Source: Eledone cirrhosa
Taxonomy: Eukaryota
Assembly: GCA_964016885.1 (NCBI GenBank)
Contig: OZ024746.1
Span: 5,704,001 to 5,768,000 of the forward strand
Direction of reading: 5' to 3'
Length of the DNA: 64,000 nt
How positions within the stretch are numbered: position 1 is the stretch's first letter; every line of letters starts with the position of its first letter. Below the pieces are notes generated by a model. That model was not told where the DNA came from. It searched no databases and saw only the letters and a list, made by a program, of their open reading frames with translations. The translations under genes and the position numbers were made by a program. Below are positions 14,676 to 30,114 of the stretch, in pieces.

Positions 14676-17274
14676 GTTAGTATATAGGTTAGCTTTCTCT
14701 TCTATGAAGAACAAAACTTATTCAATAATGAAAAGAATGTAATAGCAGACAACATCCACTAATTTTGTGCAATTTACATTTTTATTTTTTATTTTCTTTG
14801 CGACGGTCTCATTATCTGTAAATGGGAAATCATTGAATGATGATAATTTATATATTACGTTCGAGACGATTTAATCATGTACTTGTATTCAGGTATAGGA
14901 AATATATATAAACACAAAATGTCTGTAAAGTATATTTGTTGCTTACTTATATTAATGATTGAAATGAAACTGAAATAATGATGAAGTTTTTTCTTTAGAC
15001 TAGATCATTTGAAAGAATCATAGTATATTCCTGTTACTTTTTGTTTACGAACAAATTGATTGATTGGGTGAGACGTACAACACAAAATGAAGTTATTCTG
15101 TTTGGAGAGATGTTATATTGTATAAGAAACACGTAACATTGTTTTGACGTGAATTACAAGTATAAGGATTCATTATATTGGTAAAATATACAGGATGAGA
15201 GGGCATAGTCAATGGAATAACTTGCAATGCCTGATTGGAGCTTAATGTATCACCAACAGGGGTGATCAAGTAACCTAAATCCCAGATCTCAGCCTGCATA
15301 ACAACAAAACATAATTCAAAACATTTATTCCAACGTTCAGTTTAGGATTAGATAGTTATGATGTACTTGTGTATTGATAATATAAAAGAAGTTCCAATGT
15401 GACTCTGCTTTAGTAATTAAACACTTCAGAACTGGCATTTGCATGATAAACATTGCATAGACCTGACTAGAAATGATTATCCAGTGAGAAAAATAAACAT
15501 TAAATTTGTTGATATTTTTAACTGAACTTGTGTGTCTGTCGTAGACCAGAAAATAACAGTGTCTCTAAAATATTATCATGTTATACAAAACATTATTTCA
15601 GGTACTAAAATATAATGAGATGTGCTCCAACTTTTTGTATCAATCCTTTATAATGATAAATAAATATAAGATACGAAACGATGGCATACTTAGACTGGCA
15701 TATGGGAAGTAACATGTATCAAATTATTGTTGCTATGTAAGTGTACAAAGATTTTATATGAGAGAAATTACTGATGTTAAAATAAAAACCAGCTTAAGTT
15801 TGATACATGGAGTAACTCGGATGTGTAAAAGCAACAGATGGCAATGCTAACATTTTCTTATTTGTTAATGTATTTCAAACTACCAAGAATTATTTGAAGG
15901 TATCTAATTTACTTATTTTCAGCTCTTGCGTAGATAACATACACTGTAATCTTTGAATGCAATGTAGTAATTGTGTAGTTGTTCTCTTTAGGCATAATGT
16001 GATAACTATGGCTGCAACAGTTGACGAGTTGCTGGAAAAATCAGTGATACTGGGCAATGGCTTCAATTAAGCTAAGTGATAGTAAGTGCTGAACGCGTGA
16101 CTGGTGCAAAACAGTACAGGAAAGAATATATGTAGACTAATATAGTTGCTATTAACATATATGTCTTGTTTCCACCATTTTTTCTTTCCTTGTTGAAGTG
16201 GCAAACCTATGAAAATAGTGTTATTCTCAGGAATCCTCTCTTTGCTTGTACTTGCTTTTAGGACAGCCTATATTTCACCTTTGACTTTCAGTGTAGAACT
16301 TTCTAATTCAAACTAAAATAATCACACTAATTATATCTCCAAAACAAATCTAAAAAATGACCTGGATGAAGGAGAAAATTTCAAATTAATTCCCTGTGTG
16401 GAAAGAAAGTAGTGTTAACACACCAATAATAGTTTAACAATCGATAACTCTTGAACACAGTTGAATCTCTGAATCTTAGAAGAGAGAATCTAAAAAGTGT
16501 ATATAATGCAATTTATTAAATGTCATAAAAAATCCTTAATGTAAAGTAATTTCAATAAAAATGTGCATTAGCGGGTTGATAATAATGGCTGAAAGCTGTC
16601 GGAAATGATGTGTTGCTGTCGACAATTTATTAAACTTAGCCCTGTATTAAATTTAGAAAATGAAATCCAGTCCTCCAGTAATAAAAGCTGGAATTGGCGT
16701 CTCTTACCAGATTGCAACGAAGAAATTTTATAAAGAGAAAATTGTATTTCCATAACTGTTGTTATGGAATTCAAGTCACATGTCACGTCCTTTACTAATT
16801 ATTACTGTTAAAATGAGATACGATCTTGGCAAATAAAATATTACATTGAAAAGTAAATAGAAAAAAACCACTCATTTCTGACACCGTAAATTATAATACT
16901 TTCTTCTAAGACGGCAAACTGGCAGTCATTAGAAGTTGGATAGAATGCTTTGTGGTATTGATTCTAGATCTCTGCTTCCAGAGGTCAACTCCCGCTGAGG
17001 TCAATTATGCCTTTGATCCAGTCAAGGTCAATTAAAAAGTACCAGTCTAGAACTATATCTCTTTCTCTCTCCATTATTCTCTGGAAGAAGTCTGTTGTAT
17101 TCAGACCTGGAGAGGTATGGGATCTGCCAGGTTTAAAAATGCCCTAGAAACAACGTATATTATTTTATTGATTCAGTGAGATTTGGTAGAATAATAGGGA
17201 TACAAATTTGGAGTATTGTATTTATTTACCAAAAACAGTTCAAATGCAGCCAATATTGGTATTTATTTTAGAAT

Positions 17275-17491
17275 GAATAGATGGTTCTGGAAAGTTCCTG
17301 GTTTTGATTAAAAGAACATACAGGAAGATCAGTTGTAATTTTATTCAACATATTACCCTCTCACATTCAAACACTTATTGCAGCGGTCCTTCAGTTTTTC
17401 TAAGCCCGGCAAAAAGAACTCAGAAGGTTGGGCCGCCAACTAGGCCTCTATAGCAGTGATCAAGCCAGGAATATTTCAGCACCTCCTCGTA
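17275..17491. mobile_element. Mariner/Tc1-type MITE remnant
   Basis: Right end ccaggaatatttcagcacctcctcgTA and degenerate left end ggttctggaaagttcctgg are inverted repeats of mariner type. Confidence 0.6.
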
Positions 17492-18225
17492 AATTAACGA
17501 GGAAGATGTTTGAATTGTCAGGGTGGTGTGCACAATGCTCTGTGCTAATTAATTTATATAGAAATTTAATTTGTATTTCAATCATGCAGGATTAATAAAA
17601 TAAACAAAATAAATCATATACAAAGGACGGTATCTAGAACGGTTACCTCTTGTTAATTGGAGAGCAGGACAAATTCTGAGAGACTCAAACACTTACATAA
17701 GCACACACACAGTTGATATATTGAGAACTGCAGTATCTCTAAATATGGTGGCGCTATCGTTAGAGATATTAGTTAATGGATGGCTGTGGTGGTTGTAGCT
17801 GTTGTAAGGAGGGGAAATTAAGATTATTTTTTTATATTTTATTTTAAATATTCAATTATTTGACTCATGCACTTTAGTGCAATTAACTATCGTCTGCTAA
17901 ATTGATTCTTTTACAATGAATTTGGGTTGACGAGTAGATTAGCTATTTCAATGAAAATTAATAAAACACAGGGTGAAATATTTAATAAGATATTGCATTC
18001 TCTAGGACTAGGCATTTAACAGATGGTCTTTAGGTTAGTTAAAACCAATACTCAAAGAGAAAAATTATTCCTAAAATCATTGTAGTTAACTAACAATTAT
18101 ATTAATAGTATAAATTAAAATATTGACAATTAATAATGAAATAACAAATGTCAAAGTAATTATTTTCAACAGGGGTAGTATTTCTAAGGATCTTATTGTT
18201 TATTATTCATTATTATTCATTATTA

Positions 18226-18590
18226 TCGCCATGCTTTGCAGCAAAGAGTTACGACCCTCTATGATCTGAGTTCAAATCCCACCGAGGTTAACTTTGCCTT
18301 TCATCCTTACGGGGTCAATAAAATAAAGTATCAGTAATACACTGGGATAATTGCTGGTCTTCTGCCAAAAGTAGAAACAATTATTATCCATTAAAGGGCG
18401 GTGGATTGAAAGTATCGGTAGAGGATCGGACACTATGCTTTGATGCATAGAGTTATGGCCCTTGTCATTCTGAGTTCGAATCCTGCCGAGGTTAACTTTG
18501 CCTTTCATCCTTAGGGGTCGATAAAATAAAGTACCAGTAATGTACTGGACAATTGCTGGCCTTGTGCCAAAAAGTAGAAACAATTATTAT
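18226..18590 (+). mobile_element. Two tandem tRNA-derived SINE copies
   Basis: Core repeated at ~18270-18385 and ~18470-18590. Confidence 0.85.
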
Positions 18591-18689
18591 TCATTAGTAT
18601 TCATTTTCATTTTCACAGTGAAGATCTTATTAATACTGGATCATTTGACTCCTTATCAAGTTATGTAACCTCAGATAGACAGTACTTTC

Positions 18690-20200
18690 GGGGGGAGGGG
18701 GATATTTACTGTTCCGAGAGTGTTGTTTTCTGCAATGTTGTAATGTTGGGGCCTGATTGTAATTCTATAAAGGTTTTTCTGAAGGTTTTGTGTCACCGAC
18801 CTAAGTACTCCAATCACAAATGGCACCACTCATGTAATATTCCACATTATTCTCAAGTCTGCATACTTTACAATTTTATAGCTTTCTTTACCCTTTACTC
18901 CTGAGTGAGTTACATCAATCAACAAACACCTCTATTTAGTACTTTACTGCACCAAAGTTATGCCTGGCCTTATATTATTTTCAAGATACTAAACTCCATC
19001 TTAATGTTCCCACAACACAAATGAATACCTTTGACTAGGACTCAACCTGGGACTCATTCCTGCCAAAGAGCGTCAGATCATCCATAAAATTTAGATGATT
19101 GATCTTAGATCCTCTGTTTACCATCTGATAGTCAATATCCCGTAAGACCATTGATAATGGAATCATGGCAATCACAAAGAGCAATGGTAAGAAGGAATCT
19201 CCTTGTAATATTTCTCTTCATATACTGACCTCATCTAGGTGCTTATTTCCTGCATAGAGGATTGTCTTTCACAAAGGTATGCTAGACACCATTAATAACA
19301 GAGTCTGCTAACCCCAAACATTCTCAAACATATCAGTAACTATGAATGTGGGATCATGTCAAAGGCTTACTTAAAGTCTATCCAAGCCATCCATAACTTC
19401 TTTAGATGTCTCTTGCCTTGTCAACAATAAGATAGACTTTGGCTCCCTGGAAAGTTTTCCTACACCTCTTCTTCTCGACAGGTAGCTTTTAATTCTGAAG
19501 CAAGTGATCACAAACTTTTGCAGCTAAGATGCCAGTCAACAGCTTCTTCACCAATTTCAATCAAGCAATCAGCCTGTATTTATCCTTCATTATCAAAGTA
19601 GTCTTTCCTTCAACCATCCAACTTTGGACTTCTCTTTATACTACAAAATCCTTTAAGTACTTCCCTAAACTTGAGTGAATAACTTTAAATCTTTTCAACC
19701 AGAATCCTTGGATCCCATCCCGTCCAGGAGATTTTCCTAACTCTATTTTGGTTCGTTATATAATTTATGTTCAACTTCATTTATCCATCTCGCATCTTTG
19801 TTATGCTTAATTATCATTCCACTTTGAATGACCAAAATTGTGTGGATTCCTCTCCATAAAAGAACATTTTCTGATTTGCAGAATAGAATGTTCTGTTTGT
19901 ATTGTTTTTGTGTATTTTTGTAAAGCCTAACATGATTTTACCTTAATTCACTGCTTCACTTCTTCCATCACTACATTCAAACCTTTCAGCTTTATTTTAT
20001 ACCTCACATCCATGCAACATTTCTCCTCTATTTTGGCTTTCTTACATTTTCTTCTATGCCAAACATCCATTTTACCTAGATCTTTTTCTGAACTGTTATG
20101 ATCCACACTGTTGAGGCCTCTGCCACCATTCTTTCTCCTCATGTATAGTCTATTAATATTTGCTTTAAGGTGTAAAACTCCATATATTGCAATTGACATT
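18690..20200 (-). mobile_element. Decayed, rearranged R4/Dong-like RLE non-LTR retrotransposon
   Basis: RLYMRRKNGGRGL, KSPGRDGIQGFWLKRF, and a KIVKYADL / VVPFVIG-like C-terminus. Many stops. Confidence 0.7.
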
Positions 20201-20265
20201 ATAATTATTTGTTAAAGTAAATAGTCATTATTTAATATTGTTTTTACCTTTCTTTATTGTTTTAG

Positions 20266-20375
20266 GATTGGACTGATCATCAGCTAAAATGGGAACCTAA
20301 CCGTTACGGTGGTTTGAAACATCTCGTCTTACCAACAGAGAAAGTATGGACTCCACAGCTTCTATTAGGCAATTC
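20266..20375 (+). CDS. nAChR-like channel exon (DWTDHQLKWEPNRYGGLKHLVLPTEKVWTPQLLLGNS, loop A)
   Basis: tttAG acceptor, GTaagc donor, 110-nt exon typical of nAChR genes. WxD..LxW.P..YGG and WTP motifs present. Confidence 0.92.
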
Positions 20376-21414
20376 GTAAGCAGAATTTATTTCTCTGAAA
20401 ATTTATAGTATTCATAAAAATATAGGTAAAATAATTTTAGAAAAGCTAGGATAGTACAAATTAAAGGCGTGAAAATAGAAGGTGAATAAAACAGAATAAA
20501 ACACATGATTACATTTTACTAGTTTTCCAAAGTGAAATGAAATAGAATAGTAATGTTGGTGGCAAGCTGGCCCCTTTTACACAGAGATTAAGAGACAAAA
20601 ATTGAAGGGACATTCACAGACTTGCATTGTTAAAATAGCTAATCAGCCTCAGTTGGGGTCTATAATTGTTACATAGCCATGATCTATATTAGAGAATTGC
20701 CTTATTATATTTAAGTTTCATTTGGCGACTTTAGTGGAGACTTTGGTATCTTGTATATTCTGTAGATGTTTCTTAACAGAAGAAGTTCTTGAGTTCATTA
20801 ATCCATGTGCTTAGTTGGCGAAACATAATTCCAATAAATAGATGACTAAATTTATTACATAAAAACTCTGGTACATATGTGCATCACTGGTGAGGTGATT
20901 AGCTAATGAGCAGATATTCTTGTCGGGTATGGATTAATTCTTAGGAATTTTCGCATTGTGGCCCAAGGAAGTATTAATTATATTTTCAACCCATCTCTGC
21001 GGATAACTTTATAGGTTACATCAGGAAGTATCTAATTAAAATGTACCTATATAAAGAAGCACATACTGTCCCCAGAAGTGTAAGCCTTCCAATCTTGGTC
21101 GACTAGTTCATTGGCATCTTGTTTTGCAACTGTTATCCATCAGAATTCTGGTGGTTTTATCCCTGATTTCACTGCATTTGGAGGTACGCTAAAGAAACAT
21201 CCTTCTATATGTAACATGTTTTGGCTCTGGGAGAACTAATTGATTCTTAACACATAAATAAGTCTCGGTATTATTTGCAAAAATTAAGCAGCATTAGGCA
21301 TTACTATTATGTATCCTTCCCCAACCCTTCTAGCTCTGTTTGTAGCTTTGTTACTCATAGGGTAATGATTAACAGAAACAGTAGCAAGTTAAATTAAGTA
21401 ATATTAGAGTATTT

Positions 21415-21670
21415 AGCAAGGGTGTTGGACTTATATTATAGTATCGTGGGTTCGATTCCTGGGCCGGGTTGTGTTCTTGAGCCAAACACTTCATTTTACG
21501 TTGCTCCAGTATACTCAACTGAAAATGAGTAGCAGCTATAGCTGAGGAGTTTAACTCTACAATGGATTGGCGTCCTGTCCAGGGAAGAGTCTTGTACTCT
21601 CAGTCGCTTCACACCATGAAACCATGGTAAGCACCAGTCTGACGAGTCTTCTGGTTTGAGACAGCTTTTA
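21415..21670 (+). mobile_element. Second tRNA-derived SINE family (Meta-domain-like)
   Basis: gggttcgattcc B-box, then tgtgttcttgagc..cacttcattttacgttgctccag...atggattggcgtcctgtccaggg...gtcgcttcacaccatgaaacc. Confidence 0.7.
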
Positions 21671-22596
21671 GACTTTATGTTCTAATCCTTTCTGAGGCAA
21701 CTTTTTAATGACTCCGCCCAGGGAAATTAATACAATTACCAGTAATATACTGAGGTTAATTTATTAAATATAAACCTTCCTCTGGCACGTTTGTGTCTGT
21801 TTACCAATTTAAGAAAGCATTGTGCTTCGTACTTTTCCAAAGATGAATGTTTCAATTTTGAATTACCTTGTACAAAGATTGTTGGCTAAACTCCAGTTGT
21901 CAAGGTTACAGAGAACATTGCTAAATATCAGAAAGCTCCTCTAACATATAAAGTCTTTTATAATAACTAGCAGAAAACCATCCTTCCGGTGGATTTCTGC
22001 TAGCATGTGTAGTGTGCATATTTATATTATATGTAAATATACATGCATGTAGATAAGATATGTCAAATAAAATCGTAATTGACAATATACACAGAAATTG
22101 AAGAGAGACTGTGTTACACTCTCTTCTGTAATCAGTAAAGTAATCCATGATACATTTAAAAAAGACGATATTATATATAAACTGCATTACGGTGAGATGT
22201 AGTGAAACCTTATATAACAATGCAAATATATGGATGTTTATATAAGCGATGTAATAAGTGTTATGATATAACGGACGCTAACCGGAAGTGTAGACATTTG
22301 AAAATTTTAAAAGAAGTGAATCTTAAAATAAACAATCATATTTATGTTTAATCAATATTTATGTTTAATCAACAGCTACGACATTTAGTAGATAAATTAT
22401 GTAATATTCATTCATTATTTATTCAAAGTAATCCATCTTGTTTTACTAACGGGATAAAAATATATATTCGGGACGCAGTCCCGCACTCCTCCCTTTGTTA
22501 TAGTTATGATGTAGAAATGTAAATTCACATTTATTGTATCAAACAACTAAAATGCTATATGAATTAACCCATCTAAACCTTGTTCCTTCTGTACAG

Positions 22597-22811
22597 AGCC
22601 AGCAATTTCAAGGATCTAACAAAAGAAAAATTGCAATTAAAGGTTTATTGGAACGGTGAAGTAGAGTGGTCTCCAGGTGGACAAATGACTGTCTCCTGTA
22701 GACTTAATATCACTAGTTTCCCGTTTGATCGTCAGACTTGCAGTATAGTATTTGGCTCTTGGACAGAAGATGCAAATGCGATTGTATTCAAGCCTCGTAG
22801 TGAAAAGATAG
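22597..22811 (+). CDS. nAChR-like channel exon with Cys-loop (CRLNITSFPFDRQTC) and loop B GSWT
   Basis: C-X13-C Cys-loop with FPFD, acAG acceptor, GTaagc donor, phases 2/1 compatible with neighbouring exons (ORF 22580-22888). Confidence 0.95.
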
Positions 22812-23063
22812 GTAAGCACATTACTAATCATACCTTTTATCAATATTTTCATTTACTTTACGAATACTACACTGGTACACATAAGTAGATTGTCTATAGT
22901 TTTGTTATATATTGAAAGCAATATATATATATGCATAGAGTAATAGGTGTGTGTGTGTGTGTTTATTTGTTCGAGTGTGTGTTTGTAGATATATTTGTTT
23001 TACTCTGTTCTCTGCAACACAAAATACAATAAATTTGTAACAAGCATGTGTATATATACACAT

Positions 23064-23137
<74 letters not shown>

Positions 23138-23758
23138 TTATGGTTGTATGTACATATATAAACGATTTATGCGCTGGCATCTAGTATGCTTCTCAATTTT
23201 CAATACATCACGTCCTGTAGCAGTTTTCTATCAAATGTATCGATCTCTCTTTTACCATTATGTGAACATGTGTGTTTACTTAGTACGTTGTTTTGAAAAG
23301 AAAGAAAATATTAAAGTGAAAATCGAAAACAAGATTTTTATAACTTTATTTTTGGTTTTTGAGAGTTCGTGTAACAGTACAAATGTTATTTCTTGTTTAC
23401 CTTTTGTTTTTATGTGAAAAGCCGTCGATCGATATACATCGAATTGTGTTGCTAGTGAAATCCTTCTTATTTCTCAATGCTCTTCGTTTTCTTACAAACT
23501 ACATTAGAAATATACGTTGGTGTTACAGACACTAAGTCAGCGCAGCATATTGTAATATTTATAATCATAAAAGCAATCTTACAATGAAAAGGTAGATGTA
23601 TAATTTTGGTTATATTCGTTCTGGCAAAAACATTATGTATATAGGTATGTGCTTCTGTTCTGGAAAACAGATATTCCTCCATAATGTCCGAATCTGTAAT
23701 ATAATATTAATGCATATATATATATATATATATATGTTCCGTATAACCATGTCCATTA

Positions 23759-23796
23759 CGAGCTGAGGATCGGCTGAGGTGAAACAATTGTTCTCG
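23759..23796 (+). ncRNA. Solitary minimal hammerhead in a ~90-bp insert between (TA)n tracts (23736-23827)
   Basis: cgag-CTGAGGA-tcggctgaggt-GAAA-caattg-TT-ctcg. Palindromic ACAATTGT stem III, stem II imperfect. Confidence 0.7.
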
Positions 23797-23859
23797 GTAT
23801 GGTGAACTAACTGTTGTGTAACCACTTATATATATACATATATATATATATATATACGT

Positions 23860-23892
<33 letters not shown>

Positions 23893-24137
23893 AATATATA
23901 TGTATACACATATATACATATATACATACACACACACATATATATATATGCGAGAAAATCCACAAACCCTCCATCTCAATTCTACTTTTGAAAAGTATAA
24001 GAACTATGAAACAGGTAAAGGAAACAAATAAATATTTTAAAAGAAGACTCTAGTTGCATTTTCGATTTCTTTTCCTTATACTTTCACTCGTGTAGGACAT
24101 CTCGTTTTTTTTACATTAAAAAAATACACCTCATTTT

Positions 24138-24180
<43 letters not shown>

Positions 24181-25306
24181 AGTAAGTATAACCTGTACAC
24201 ACACATATATATATATATATATATGAGATATGTGTGTGTACAGGATGTCTGTAGATAAAAGGTCAAGGAAACAATGCTCAATATATTGCAAGAGTGCTTA
24301 TTTAGTATACTTAAAATTTCAAACACTTAACATTTATGCATGACCATAGGTTTCAGGGTCTAGTTTTGTCTACCACTTTACAATGGAGGAACTGTTTCAA
24401 AAGTGGCCTCACATAGGGTGCCAGGACAAAATTACAAAAGAACACCGTTAGCCTAATATATTTGGTGTTCATACAGTAGAGTGCCCTTTTTGGAGAATAT
24501 GCGAGGCAATTCCCGAGGTCCGAATTTTTGGGGGTAGAAGTATCCGTGACCGAACTTATAAGTTAATGTGTGTAAGATGAGAGTAACTTGAATTGTGATC
24601 TCATCATCTTTAAAACTTCAACCCTTTAAAAGAGATTGTTACCAAAGTAAATCGTAGGATGCGTCAAGGGAGGTAACTACTTCTAGGATATAGCCATAAA
24701 TGTATGTTTCTGATCTCGTGTGCAAGTCATTTTGCAAACATTTAAGTTTCTTCTAAAATCTTCCTAATAATCAAAATCTATAATCAGATTATTTCTGTGA
24801 TTTATGTGTTTCCATGGAGATGGACCTGGTAAGATTTACGTTTTTAAGGAGTGTAAATGGGACCCGTAACGCGTGTTAAAGAAATTAGCAGTAGCGCCTA
24901 TATTGAAATAAGTTGAATTATGGGTATAAACGGTGCATTTATAAACTATATTTACCAGACAAGTACTAGAGTGGATGAAATCGTTTCATTTCACAGCTCC
25001 TAAGTTTGCAAATTAAGTTTCGAATAGGTAATTGTTAGCATTCAGTTATCCCCTTTATATCTTAAATTCAAATCTCACCGAGGTCAAGATATATAAATAC
25101 CGCATTGAGAATATTTTATGATTTATGCTATGTTTATTGACCTTAATGCTTATTATTTTGTTAATGATAGTCATAATGATAATGAAGATAAAAATTATGT
25201 TTGTTATTCTCTTTCTAAATATTCTGTTTTTATTAGTGGTTTTAATTAATTTGCTTTGAGGAGATATAACAATGTAATTTCAGTTGAAGCTTGTCTTTGT
25301 TTCCAG

Positions 25307-25636
25307 AATTTGACCATTACGTTGAAAATAATGAATGGGAAATTGAAAGTACTGTGACAGGCAATTTAAAAGTCAAACATCAATCGAGAGAAAGTGAGAA
25401 AACCTACAGCAATGCAGTTTTCTCGTTAAAACTAAAGAGACGGCGTACATTCCACATAGTGTCAACCTACATCCCGTTCGTACTTCTAGCATTGCTTAAT
25501 CTAGCTGCCCATGTTGTTCCAGTCATGTCAGGCGAAAAACTAATGCTAGCAACAACCACATTGCTTGCATATGCTGTACTTCTAAATGATATCAATCGGA
25601 AGATTCCAGGAAACTCAGCCACCACATCAGTTCTTG
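25307..25636 (+). CDS. nAChR-like channel exon: loop C, M1, GEK cation-selectivity motif, M2
   Basis: ENNEW, LKRR, hydrophobic M1 (YIPFVLLALL), SGEKLMLATTTLLAYAVLL. ttccAG acceptor and GTtagt donor. In frame with the previous exon. Confidence 0.95.
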
Positions 25637-25670
25637 GTTAGTGAGACAGAATTTATTCTATATTTCTCCT

Positions 25671-26943
<1,273 letters not shown>

Positions 26944-26954
26944 GTATATATATG

Positions 26955-26994
<40 letters not shown>

Positions 26995-27023
26995 TATATA
27001 AGGTATATATATAAGGTATATAT

Positions 27024-27062
<39 letters not shown>

Positions 27063-27107
27063 ATATATAAGGTATATATATAAGGTATATATATAAGGTA
27101 TATATAT

Positions 27108-27204
<97 letters not shown>

Positions 27205-29515
27205 ACATTCATTCTCATTCCCAAATAATTTTAATCTGTACAGTCTAGGCTTCCATTCTATATTTGGCTTTTATTCACAGCGCTGCTTCCAGTGTTAATC
27301 TATTTACTAATTTTTATGTTATTATTTTTTCATACTTATAATTAAAAGAGGCTTTCATACATTTAGGTGACATTTGCTAAAATACATAAACCTATTATTA
27401 AGAAATATCTCTAACCTCAATGTACAGCATTTAAACGGAAAACAAGAAATAGTTTTTACGTGTTCAATATCAGTTTGAGTGCTAAACATTTGAACAGAGA
27501 AATAGATGTAGTTTATACATTAATAAATGTAGGGCATGTCGTGTTAGAAATACTGATATGAATATATTAGTGATAATCTAACGAAGATTTTACTGAAAAA
27601 AAAATTACTTTATAGCAAATAGAAAAGTTTGAAAAATGGAAATAAAAGTGCTTCATTTGCAATATCTTTGTAAAGTAAATTTTACACTTTTAACCAAAAA
27701 ACCCTGATTATGTTAAACATTTCTACAGTTTCTAGTTTGTATGTCATGAGGAACAAACCTCGAATTAATTATGCAATTAGTCGATGTAAAAATACGTTTT
27801 CGTACGTATAGGCATTTGAACAAATCAATGGAGAATGAGATTTTATATATATTATATATGGTATTACAATAAATACGACATAAGTTCTATATCAGTAAAA
27901 ACTGAGCCCTAGATATATATATCATATATATACACATATGTGTGTGTGTGTGTGTGCATTCTTTGGGTGAGAGTGTGTGAGTGAGCACGTGGATGGATGG
28001 GTGGTAAGTTTTCACGTGTGTCTAGCTGTGTGCTTGTGTGACTGTGTGCGTTTGTATATATATATCTTATAATTCTTATAGCTTCCTGTATCAGGGAAAC
28101 TATGATAAATATACAATGTTCTATATTGTAAATTATGAAATAAAATTATTGTTATTACAATACATATTTAAAAAGAAAGTATCACATTTAAGATATTTAT
28201 TTCTAACAATATGGCGAATAATACTTATTGTGGTATTGTGCAAAGTAATGTAAATTTTTTGACTTAACAATATTGAGATTTGTAAATGGGGACGAACTAA
28301 CAATGTTAAGGCGCTAACAAACTTTATTATTACTTGGCAACCTTTCTTTTCATCTGAGGCTTTGATACGCTCTAACTATAAGGAACAGGAATGTTTCAAA
28401 TATCTCAGGTTTTGTATATCAATTATTACTTGGTAACCGTATTCATCTAATAAATTCTACTGTATAACGCTGCCTTAGTGTAGAATTCTATGTATTACAT
28501 TAAGCTTGGAGACATTATGGAACTTGAAAAGGATACCTAAGCAACAACAATTCTAGACAGATAAAGCATTCTCTTACAATAATCATCAATGTTTACTACT
28601 CTGGAGGTTATTAAATCTCATATTTCGCGATTTTCTTTATATTTTGCTTTGCAATCGATTTGGATCCTTCGAAATTTCTGGATGCATAACAATTATGAGA
28701 AATTAAAGCCATAAAATCCTTTTGAGTTTGTTCTTTAGACTAATTAGCTTCAACTGTATACCTCACGTCCATATTTGCTCCAAATCTTCCCAAAGATATT
28801 CGAACACACTACGTAGACATATGTAACGAATGAAAATAGGAAAATAAATGTGAACCCTTCTAAATAATGAAATTGTATTGTTTTTCAACTTAAAACTAAT
28901 AGCTGTTAAACGATTATACATAGAAGCCAAATTATTGCGTGTTCAAATATATTGATACAAAGACCTTCCATGCATGATTGTTCCTTTTCCTTTGTTTTAC
29001 CAACGACTTCATGTCGCTTATTTTTTGTCGAATCTTTCTTTGTTGAACAAATTACATTCCCAAACTCTTTGATCCGAAGATGAAACTGAAAATTCAAAAG
29101 TATAACATTCGTGACGAATGAAACTATTGGTGACATATGGGGCTTGAATACACGAAATATCATGAAATAAAAATGAAACTCACTCAAGTAGTGTTTAATC
29201 AAACCCATTCTCTCTCTCTTTATGGTTATATTCTTGTTGTGTATGCTTTTGCAGCGTCTGTCATTGCTTTCTCGATGTTTTGTTACAACTCAGGCTGAGT
29301 ATTTGCTCGTGAAATCTATTAATCCTTCCTCCACCTTTGTCAATTTTTAAATATAAAATATATCGTAATAAAGATAACTGGAGATAACATTAAAAATGTA
29401 AAAACCATTCATTTTAGATATCGCATTAAAGGTGTAATACATTAGATACAGTCAAATGTCTTACATAATAATATTTCTGTTTTCTTATTGCCGTATATAG
29501 TACATAATTGAACAT

Positions 29516-29648
29516 TTACTACTACTACTACTACTACTACTACTGCTACTGCTGCTGCTACTACTACTACTACTGCTACTATTACTGCTGCTACTGCTAC
29601 TGCTACTACTACTACTACTACTACTACTACTGCTGCTACTGCTGCTCT

Positions 29649-29711
<63 letters not shown>
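29516..29711. repeat. (TAC)n/(TGC) trinucleotide microsatellite
   Basis: Direct reading. Confidence 0.95.
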
Positions 29712-29879
29712 CAAATGTCATGATATTATCACTATTATAACATGGCGATATTTCATCGCATACATAATTTCAGTACATGATATTATCAAATTAATATGGT
29801 ATGGTGTATCAAGCAATGGTTTACTACATTATGTAATATAGTACAAGGTATGAAAGGTTACATTATAAATATACCACAA

Positions 29880-30114
29880 GATATCATATAGCTTCTATAG
29901 ATAATATCATATAGCTTCTATAGATAATATCATATAGCTTCTATAGATAATATCATATAGCTTCTATAGATAATATCATATAGCTTCTATAGATAATATC
30001 ATATAGTTTCTATTGATATATCATATAGTTTCTATAGATAATATCATATAGTTTCTATTGATAATATCATATAGTTTCTATTGATAATATCATATAGCTT
30101 ATATTGATAATATC
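29880..30114. repeat. 23-bp minisatellite, ~10 copies
   Basis: Unit atatcatatagcttctatagata with gradual variants. Confidence 0.92.

Noticed and set aside
18395-18490. tRNA genes suggested by A/B boxes
   Set aside because: They are heads of a multicopy SINE and do not form a complete cloverleaf.
28906-29300. 100-aa minus ORF and a plus-strand acceptor at ~29254 as candidate channel M3/M4 exons
   Set aside because: No convincing nAChR motif. Hydrophobicity is expected from AT-rich DNA.
29442-29723. Poly-V / poly-S / poly-Y ORFs
   Set aside because: Translations of the (TAC)n microsatellite.
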